A DNA stretch of 59,014 nucleotides, the filler included. It is 3 parts of 3 records of this genome, joined end to end, with 100 filler letters (N's around TTAATTAATTAA, not from the genome) between each part and the next. Parts side by side here need not be neighbours in the genome. Positions count along the whole stretch, not along the records: positions 47,022 to 59,014 come from SRR20825019_1391; 2 more parts are not named here. One strand, given 5' to 3'. Both the position numbers and the translations under genes were made by a program. The notes under the pieces are model-generated. The model searched no databases. It was given only the letters and a program-made list of their open reading frames with translations, and was not told where the DNA came from. Below are positions 50,520-59,014 of the stretch, piece after piece. How positions within the stretch are numbered: position 1 is the stretch's first letter; each line of letters opens with the position of its first letter.

Positions 50520-52568
50520 ATGTCCACAGCCGTGCCAGAGACTAAGCCACTGTTGGCAGCCAAGGCCGGCGGACTGGGCGAGTTTTCTTGGTCAAATCTT
50601 CGATACGACGTGAAAAACAGGAGTGGCAGCCAGGGAGGACGACTGACTCTCCTTGATGGGACGGTTACGGGGTCCGTCCGAGGGGGTGAGGTTGGTGCGA
50701 CTGCCGTGTGATGCCGTCTCTGGGCCTGACCTTGATGTAGGTGCTGGGGATTTTTGGGCCCAGCGGTAGCTCAAAGACTACACTGCTTTCTGTGTTGAGC
50801 GGTCTGTGGCGATCCAATCAGGGCACCCGGGCTCGTTTGCAAGGAAGAATTGAGGCGGACGGAACGCCCTTGCGCCACGCGCTCCATCACCTTAATGGCG
50901 TGTACGTGATGCAGGTAGGGGACTGGGTCGTGGCTGCATGCAGTAGATACTGACGTTAGGTATAGGATACACACCTGAACCCACATCTCACTGTCCGCGA
51001 GACTATAGAGTTTGCGAGCCGCCTCCGCATGCAGGGCAGCGGCCGCGCCAAGGCTGTGCAAGAACTCCTTAAGATGTTTAACCTCGAGGGTGTCGCGAAG
51101 TCGCTTTGCTCCAAGCTGTCTGGTGGAGAGAAGAAGCGGGTTTACATCGCAAGCCATCTAGTCCACAGCCCTGACTTGGTGATCCTTGACGGTATGCCCT
51201 TGCAAACCTGCTCCTATATATGTTGAACTCAACTCGGAACGTGTTTGTAGAGCCGACAACAGGCTTGGATACGGAGAACGCGGCGACGTTACTGAAGTGC
51301 TTGAGGCGGATGGCGGACGCACGGAAGGCCGCCATCATCGTCACACTCCATCAGCCGTCTTGCCTACTCACCGCTAACCTGTCCAAGGCGATGGTCATGG
51401 CTGAAGGCGGAATGGTGTACTACGGCGATTTGCAGGGAATCGATCGCTTCCTGGGCGATGCGGGATTCCCAGTCCCGCCACTGTGGCTGGGTCTTGACTA
51501 TTTAATGCACGTAATCGTATCGGGCCCACCCAATGGTAAGCCGTCGGTTAGGCCCCTTACGTATCCTGCTCACGGTGTGTCTCAATAGGCCTTGAGGACA
51601 GTAATGGGTCCCTATCAGAGGACGGAAGCTGCCGGGGGCGGCATGAGACAGTTGAGAAGCTGAAGGCGCTTTGTGCCAAATCCATTGGCGATGTCACCTT
51701 GGACTCACCGAAGGGCGGAGGGGGGAGCGAGGTGTCCACAAGATCCGTGCGCGGTGCTCAATACGAGGTTGGCGTCTTGCAGCAAATCATGGTTCTGGGG
51801 CATATATCACTTCTAGGCATTGTACGGGACGGGTCGAGCAATTTTGTGCCTCTCGTCGCATCTAATGTCATCTTTGGGGTGGTGGCCGCAACCCTGTGGT
51901 CCGATTTGAGCAACACAAGATTCAACTACAGTATCACGATGGCATTGTTGTTGATGATTCTCAATGCAGGACTCCAGGCTGCGGCTTTGGGAGTGGAGTC
52001 TGCGCACAGCTCATTCGCCAGATTTGCGATGGAACGCGACGCCCGCCTATATCGAACAAGCTCGTGGCTGATTGCACACACGTTGACAAACCTTCCGTTG
52101 GTGATATTTAGCCAGGCGGTGTTTATTGGGATATCATATCACTACCTCAAACTGAGGGAGTCAGCAGATGCCTTTGCGTATCTCTTCGGTCTTCTCATCA
52201 TGTTCTTCCTGCTTTTATCCACCATCGCCAAGACCATCGGTGTCTTGTCGCCAAGTGCTTCGATGGGTTTTGCAGTCATCAATACACTGCAGTCTCTATG
52301 GATCATGTTTTGTGGCGCCTTCGTGACATACCCAGACATCCCACTCTTCTGGCGCTGGGCCTACTGGTCATCTCCATACAGCTACGCTCTCTCTGGGGCA
52401 TTGGTCAACAACTTTCGGGGGAGTACAGAGGGCTGGGCGCACATCCACTTCATGGGTGTTCAGATTGAGAACAGGATCACCCACCTCGTAATATTGGGAA
52501 CCGGGCTTGGAATCATGACTCTCGCTCTATACAGCTCGCTGCGCTGGAAGAAGTTGAAATACCGATGA
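50520..52568 (+). CDS. ABC-G half transporter, 5 exons
   Basis: Exons 50520-50690, 50741-50914, 50966-51191, 51251-51535, 51589-52568. The GT-AG introns of 50, 51, 59 and 53 nt splice in frame to give GPSGSSKTT, YVMQDT..LTVRET, LSGGEKKRV, LDEPTTGLD, TLHQPS and a C-terminal TMD. Confidence 0.88.
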
Positions 52569-53823
52569 TGAGATCTGCAAATTGCCTAAGCCAATCCATC
52601 CTGGGTCTGGCGGACATATAACATGATGCGGCGCAGCAAAACGTTTGCTTCATCGTCATGTGCGTCGGGAGGTGGTATGCTGCCGTGCGGGGCCGTGCCA
52701 GCTGTATTTGGACTGAAGCCGGATGGTCGGATTGACACTTACTCGCAGTGAACTAAGGCATTTCGATACTAAAGTTGGTTCAGTCCCCACCAGATTCATC
52801 ATTGGTTCGTTGGGTACGCGGGAGTCGGCCGCCCGGGCCCCGCGCCCGCCGGCGCGGCCTGGCCAGGGGGTCGCCGCGTCCGGCGGACGACCTACCGCCC
52901 TGGCTGACGGCCAGCCCCAGGCCGGCGTCGGGGTCGGCTCCCTCCGCACTTTGAAGTTCCGTTCGGGTGGTCCGGCGCCCGGCCCGGGGCGCCGTCCTGG
53001 CCCGTTTGTTTGTTTTCCGCCGGCGAGCCCCCGACCGGCGGCTCGAGGCTGACTCCGAACCGCCAAGGCGCCTCGCCGGACCGGACTAGTGAGTCAGTCC
53101 GGGCCTCACCTGGGTCGGTGCGGTCAGTCATCGCTGTCAGTGAGCCGGCGTAGGAGTCACGTCGCCGGACCGTGCGTGGACGACGGAGGAAGCTGTGCCG
53201 CGGGTGAATCATGCCTCAATCATCCTGTCAGTCGGGGATGGTGCCAGCGGGTGCCCGGCCAGTCCGTGAGTGACACCGTGATACTGTGGGTGCGACTGGT
53301 GACTCTCCGCTCCCCAAGTGGTGCGTCGTGCGTCTCGGATCCGGGCCGGGGTCCTTGGGTGGCTCGGGTGGAGCCGGCACCCCCCCCGCCGGCCCCGGCG
53401 CCCTCCCATGGGCACCGCATGGGAACCTCAGAATAATGAATCAATAGACGCCTAACTAATGCAACTCCAAGCTCTCCCCGCCTGGTGCTGGTAGGACAGT
53501 GACGGTGAGACACCCCGGGCGTTGGGCCGAATGAATAACACTGAACACTCACTGCAGCACCAGAAAAACAACAGCTTATTCAGAGTAGATCGATCCCTCT
53601 GATGGTGTCAGTGTGCTCTCTCTAGCGAGTACGAAAAGACATAGAACGTGGTTCATGCTTTATGACGCGGTGTTATCCATATGCGACCTAGCAGTCACGC
53701 ACGCAAATGCAGACCGGTGGTGGTTTCATTCCAATCAATTCTCTCTCTCTCGCTCAGCGGTCGCAGCCAGCCAAGCCCTTCTCCAACCGGGCCGGCTCTC
53801 CTCCATTGGCCGGGATGTTTCCA

Positions 53824-54309
53824 CTACTGTATCTTGGGTCGTTGCACGTCTGCCGCAATCTGCTCTTTCTTCTTCTTCAGGTTGTCCACCTCAACCGCCT
53901 GCCCAATCACAGATGTCGTGAGCGTCACCACTATCACATACACCTCGAATACCATCGACATCAGAGTCAGCCCGGCCCCCAGAGCCTTTGACTCCAGCTC
54001 TAACGCCCCTGCCTGGAGCAGGTACGCGAAGACGGTTGCGATGGCAGATGTAAGGTCGGTCACTGCGCCGAAGAGAGACCGACAAGAACCTTCACTGATG
54101 AAGGCTGTCACCGAGTTGACTACGGCGGATATGAGTAGCGTCGCGGCAGCACAGTAGCATATGTTGATGGAAACGTAGTGCAGGGTCACGAGGTTGAGTC
54201 CGAGGAGGATTGCCCCACTCAGAGAGAGGGCCCGGCACAGCGCTCTGACGTCTCTCTTCCGCAGGGAGGGGCTGCCAGCCGTGGTTGATGGGTTCGACGG
54301 GTTGACCAT
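53824..54309 (-). CDS. Hypothetical ~4-TM membrane protein
   Basis: ATG 54309 (MVNPSNP); four hydrophobic segments and a Lys-rich tail; GC-rich tract upstream. Confidence 0.6.
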   Translation of the reverse strand: MVNPSNPSTTAGSPSLRKRDVRALCRALSLSGAILLGLNLVTLHYVSINICYCAAATLLISAVVNSVTAFISEGSCRSLFGAVTDLTSAIATVFAYLLQAGALELESKALGAGLTLMSMVFEVYVIVVTLTTSVIGQAVEVDNLKKKKEQIAADVQRPKIQ

Positions 54310-55634
54310 GCTTTGTCCGGACAGACCTGCTGTCCCTGCTCCTCTGACCAACGCCGTTACATCAAGGGTTCGGCTCTGCTAGGCTAGGCCGGTGGCCGGC
54401 GGTACAGCGAGGTCGGCCTGCCCACTTGCCACGCCAGGAGTCGTGCCCGTGAAACTTCATCGGATCCCTGCTATCCGGCTAGCAGTCCGTCGGTGGCTTC
54501 GCGGTTATGGTTGGTTCAGTCTCAGGCACGCCCCGGCGGCGCCCCGGGGCGGCCTCAGTGGGCCGTGGACCGGGGCCCGCGCCCCGTTGACTCCGAGTCC
54601 AGTCGCGGGGCCGGGGCGTCGGGGGCCGGGGGGGAGGCGGGGTTAGGCCGGGCGGCCGCGCGGACGGGGCGGCCCACTCAGCGGCGCCCCGCCGACGAGC
54701 GAGGCGCTCAGGAGCGCCAAGCAGTGCCAACCCCCGGCCGGGGGGGCCACGCCGGGATCCGGCGCCCGGGGCCCCCGCGCGGAACCGAGGGAAACTGAAA
54801 GTTCAGTCCGTCAGGTTTTTTGAATTAGTTCAGGTTTACCAGTACGGTAACTTGATGCCGGAGGCGCACTCCCGCGGTCCGGCGCGGCCTCGTCGTGGGG
54901 GGTCCCGTCAGTCGCGGGTCCAGCCGGCCGCGCCGGCGCCCCGCCGGCGGCTGGGCCGCGGCCCGGCCGGCGCCGGCCGGGCCCCCGCCGATGGCGTGGT
55001 CCTGCCAGTGGGTCTCGGGGGTCACACGTGTCCGACGCGGTCCCGGCTCTGCGGCGTTCGAAGCCGGTGCCGGCCTGGTCCTCCTCTCGGTGGCGCGGCT
55101 CCTGGCGCTATTGCCCTGTCGTTGGCGTCGGCGGAAGGTCGAGGTCGGAGCGGTAGTCCCGTGGCGGCGGCGGCGGACTCGTCTTCACGGTAATGACGGC
55201 GCAGTCGGTGCGTTCGGGTTGCACGGGTCGGTGTCCTTGTCGGCGTCTCGAGCGTGGCGAGGTTCACAGGGTCGTCACGAGGGACGACGGAAGCGCCAAG
55301 GAATCGGGTTGTGAGTTGTCGGGCGCGTGGAAACGCGGTTCCAAAGGGGATAAAATTTCGTACCTGATTTCCGATCAGTCTCGCGTACTGGACGCGATGC
55401 AGTGAGTTCACGAGGTGACGATGCAACCGCAGTGAGTTTCACGGGATCTGGAGTAGACTGGAAGTGCGTCTCTATGTATTTGCACTTTCGAGCTTACTCC
55501 TGTGGCTTCGGACTATGGAATACTTAGATGTTAGTGCTAAGGCAGGCTTACTCGCTAGAATTGTCTTGGCAATGTTTGTGGATACTTCTCCGTTTCTTCT
55601 TTTCATGGGCACCTTAGGATTCTCGTTTGCATTT

Positions 55635-55674
55635 GCTTGCTGGATCCTTATGTCGCTTGCTGGATCCTTATGTC
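55635..55674 (+). repeat. Perfect 20-bp tandem duplication
   Basis: GCTTGCTGGATCCTTATGTC x2. Confidence 0.95.
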
Positions 55675-56131
55675 GGATGTGCTCTGCAAATCAGGAGACG
55701 AAGGCACTGTGTCCATACCACTTTTGAGAGAGTAATATGACAATGTTCCGCTTCGCAGTCCTTGGAGACATTGACTATGGTGAAATTCATGGTGTGTATG
55801 ACTCTAACCGCGGGAGACACCTTTTCTTTGCTGATGTGATATATGTGACATTCGAATGTAGACCAGGGCTGGCTTGCGCAGGTCATGTTTGTTTTGTTTG
55901 GAATCTTTGTTGTGGTGAGTGCCATGCATAGACCAGCGGTCTGTATGCTCGCATTTTAACGCGGTACTGTCTGTCAGCTATTGGCAGTGAACTACTCGAT
56001 TGCAAATATGAGGTGTGACAATTCTGTGTGGACAGTGCTCCACTTGCTGCACTACGTGGTTACCTCTATTGACCCGTCAAAACAGCAACGGCTATACACG
56101 CATTGTAGAGGAGGCAACGACCAACATTCGT

Positions 56132-56269
56132 CTCCATCGATGCAAACTGACTAACGACAAGTTGGTCTATAATCAGGCAACTACAGCCAAGACCTTAGAT
56201 CTCCATCGATGCACTCTGACTGACGACAAGTTGGTTTATAATCAGGCGACTACAGCCAAGACCTTAGAA
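56132..56269 (+). repeat. 69-bp imperfect in-frame tandem duplication
   Basis: Encodes LHRCKLTNDKLVYNQATTAKTLD / LHRCTLTDDKLVYNQATTAKTLE. Confidence 0.92.
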
Positions 56270-57979
56270 GCGGAGTCGGGACCTAGATGGAAACGGGTCT
56301 TGACCCTTGATATTCGGAAGAAAGCCGACGATGAGCTATCCACGATCAAGGAGGACGTGCATAAACTACTCAAGTTGCAGCGGTCAATGGAGAATCGCCT
56401 GGAAGCCCATATGCGAAATGCATCCATGCACACTGGCTAGGCGGGCGCATGGCGTCCATAGGCCGGCAGGAACGCCCGCTCTTGTAGGTCATATGGGGAG
56501 GGAGTGAGTCACTGTAATCATACCGCGGGTGGATCGCTGGCTAGCGCCGCGTTGGATGATGAGAGCATCACATGGCTGACTCATTGCTGCTCCGCGCCGC
56601 CCTTCCTTAGTATTCCGTGCCTTTTCGCGATATTGTATTTGGGTAAGGTGGTTTGATTCTTCTATGTGGCCGTGTCGCGCTGAGGCGGTTCTGCGCAGCG
56701 CAGGTCCGAGGCATCAGGCTTGATGGGCCCGCTGGGACTCCCCTCAGTGAGGGCTCCTCCGATCGGAGTCTGTCCGGCGGGCCACTCACTGACTTCTTTC
56801 GCTGTTAAGAGATTTATCGTAAATTGTAGACCGGACTGGAGGAATTCTGGAATTGGCCGTGCTCATCTCCTCTACTAGACTGCAATCATGCCGACTCACC
56901 GCCGCCCCGATCCGTAGCCGTCGACAGTGTTCACTCGGAAGCCTCTAGGCTCCCTCGGCGGCGGCACGTGACCGGACCGTGGGCGGATGCCGGATGACTG
57001 TTCACGGCCGCGCGCTCCGGGTGACCGGTGGTGTTGGCTTGGCCCGCCGACCGGGCTAACAAAGCACCGACACGGCCATTGATTGCTGCGTCAATCCCTG
57101 CAGCGAGATACCCAGGCCGTGCTCGACTCTGAGGGCCCCGGACTGAGCGCCGGTGCCGTGCCCCCCGAGCGGTGCGAACTTCCGGGGCGGCGCTCACTCA
57201 ACGCGGCCGATGAGGCCGGCCGGGACCCGCCGGCGCCGGGACCGGCCAGCCCGGGGGGCCGGAGTTGGGTGCCTGACGCGGCGGCGGCGGCGGCCGAGGG
57301 GCAGTGACGGTGCCGGCCCGGCTCCGGGTGCCCGGGCCCCGCCGGCCGACTCAGAGTAAGGCATGGGGCTGCCTGAGGCGGCAAGGGAGCGGCGGTGCCG
57401 CCCTCAGTCGGCCGCGGGCCCTCTCAGCGGCTACGGACCGGCTCAGCAGTGGGCCTGGCTGCAGGCCGGGGCAACAACCGTGGAACTGCCGCCCTCGGCC
57501 CCCGCCGCGGATGACTGACACGGACCACCGCGCGGTGCCCCCCGCCGGCCCGTAAAGCCCGCGGGGCCCCCGACCACAGTGGTACCTGTCACTCCCGCCG
57601 CCCGAGCCAGCCTCTCGGCGCACTTCACCTCTCGCTAGCTGATGATGGCGGCGCCGTGCCGCCGGTCAGTAAGTTGGCAGGGCCGGCCAGTCCTGCGCCG
57701 CTTTCGACGGGTGGGCCCCGCCGTCGGTGGCAATGCCGGGCCGGTGAAACGCTGCGGGCCCGTTGCCAGCATGGCTCTGCCAGACATGGCAATGGTGGCG
57801 AGTCGCAGTCCTGACGGCACCTCAGTCCAAGCCACCCCGGTCCGTACAGTGACGTTCATTAGGGGAGGCCACGTCCCGGCCCCCTTACCATCGCGTCAGT
57901 ATTAATACTCTGACCGCCAATCCGTTAACAAATCCATGAACAATTATCCTAACAAGTTCCACTGCGGATCTAAGGAAGA

Positions 57980-58480
57980 ATGCTGAGCCCTAAGTTTGTG
58001 CTTCTATTGTCACTCCTGGTATGCCTAGCCTCTTCGGCCCTGGCGAACCCTGAGCCTGTTCCCAACAACAAGCTGCGAGGCGCAGTTGAGGGCGACTGGC
58101 CAGACGACGATCACGATCACGATTGGCCGGATCACAACGATGATCCTGGACCAGCACCAGGACTCCTGATTGCTTTACCCTTTCTGTGCATTTGTGCTCC
58201 GTGTATTTTGGTCTGCGTCATCCCGCTAATTGTGTTGATTCTCTTCTTGGGAGTTATTATTTTAGTCACGATTTTTGGGGTTCTCACAGGTGGCGGCATC
58301 CTCCTTACTTGCGGTGGATTTATCATTGTGGTTGTCTTGGTCACTTGCATGATTAACAAGAAAAAGGAAGGGAATGCCGTGAACAACAACCGCACCCCCC
58401 TGATGGCTGGGCAGTATGCCCCGGGCCCCGGGTACGCGCCTGTGGGCGAAGAGAGCGTTCAACCAGCCCCCCACAACTAA
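57980..58480 (+). CDS. Hypothetical membrane protein with signal peptide, Asp/His-rich repeat and Cys-rich hydrophobic region
   Basis: MLSPKFVLLLSLLVCLASSALA signal, DWPDDDHDHDWPDHNDD, long hydrophobic stretch, KKKE stop-transfer, YAP repeats. Confidence 0.7.
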   Translation: MLSPKFVLLLSLLVCLASSALANPEPVPNNKLRGAVEGDWPDDDHDHDWPDHNDDPGPAPGLLIALPFLCICAPCILVCVIPLIVLILFLGVIILVTIFGVLTGGGILLTCGGFIIVVVLVTCMINKKKEGNAVNNNRTPLMAGQYAPGPGYAPVGEESVQPAPHN

Positions 58481-59014
58481 AAATGCCCTTACGAACCATC
58501 CGGGGGGCATCCTCACTGCCGCGGGGTTCTGATTGGTGCAATATGTCCAAAGGCCAGTAATTAAACTATACGTAACGTATTGCATATTCAGCTTGTTGAA
58601 TAGCTTCAGCCAACTGTGCGTTTACCGGCACGAGCAAGCCTGATCTTTGCTCGAACATTTCACCCCCCCATACAGCCCTCGACTTGATATAGTATCGTCA
58701 AAGTCATGCTGTTCAGCAGTCCTTGTTGAGGTCAGCACACTCATCGGGATCGATGAGATACGAAACCCTGTCTTGGCAGCGAATTCCTCTTCAGGGTAGC
58801 GTGATTGATTGGATAAGCGAATAAGAATAAGAATGATCAATGTTAGTCGCGGTTTAACGAGTTAGTCTCCGAATTCCGAGTTCAACCTGCGCGCCACCCA
58901 GTCGCCAGTGTTCACACAAGCACGCCCGCCCGCGAAGCAACTGTTCCCGCTGCCTTCCTATATCGTAGTGTGCCGCCCGGGCTACCCGGCGCCCCCCCCC
59001 CCCCCCCCCCCCCC

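Larger units (their letters stand above)
55193..56440 (+). pseudogene. Degraded TRP-type ion channel gene (S4-S5-pore-S6-TRP box)
   Basis: Putative introns 55402-55456, 55792-55861, 55915-55977, 56013-56085 join LLWLRTMEYL...IVLAMFVD..FL, TMFRFAVLGDIDY and FGIFVVLLAVNYSIANMSNGY..I.EEA. In-frame TGA at 55725-55727 and a 20-bp duplication; 5' limit uncertain. Confidence 0.7.

Noticed and set aside
52656-57905. Many Arg/Pro/Gly/Ala-rich ORFs in the eukaryotic GC tracts
   Set aside because: Open in several frames on both strands simply because stops are rare in GC-rich DNA; low complexity and no domains.
47369-58480. TGA-to-Trp recoding in the eukaryote, suggested by the in-frame TGA in the TRP gene
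   Set aside because: All Trp codons in the intact ABCF and ABCG genes are TGG with no internal TGA, ABCG ends on TGA, and the TRP gene has other lesions; pseudogenisation is simpler.
58622-58840. 72-aa minus-strand ORF
   Set aside because: No recognisable motif or supportable exon structure.
58992-59014. Terminal poly-C run
   Set aside because: Lies at the contig end and cannot be told apart from a sequencing or assembly artefact; not a telomeric repeat.

Overview
The window is not one locus. It is three unrelated contigs joined by artificial 100-nt spacers (N44-TTAATTAATTAA-N44 at 31022-31121 and 46922-47021). (1) 1-31021 is a GC-rich alphaproteobacterium, probably Rhodospirillales-like. 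It holds a copper locus (CutF-like leader, cupredoxin, multicopper oxidase), LysR/MFS, TauD, a PLP aminotransferase, and an AT-richer islet with an orphan B12-radical SAM gene followed by a decayed copy of the aminotransferase 3' end. Further on are a PAS chemoreceptor, puuE, mipZ, a VWA/J-domain pair, galU-ugd-phosphomannomutase, an EcfG-type stress operon with two unannotated micropeptides, a D-Ala-D-Ala carboxypeptidase, phasin and clpS-clpA. (2) 31122-46921 is a Marinobacter-like gammaproteobacterium. It holds a SenA/OvsA-type Fe enzyme plus a stand-alone OvoA-type N-methyltransferase (ovoselenol-like pair), an orphan Hen1-type RNA methyltransferase coupled to a CPA2 antiporter, a lipase, and the conserved aroQ-accB-accC-prmA-DUF3426-dusB-fis-purH-purD block. 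(3) 47022-59014 is an unidentified eukaryote with 50-73 nt GT-AG introns. It holds an ABCF gene, a 4-intron ABCG gene, a degraded TRP-channel gene and two orphan membrane proteins, separated by very GC-rich tracts rich in TGACTC/GAGTCA motifs. No rRNA, tRNA, CRISPR array or transposase was recognised. All calls come from motif recognition by eye; no searches were run.
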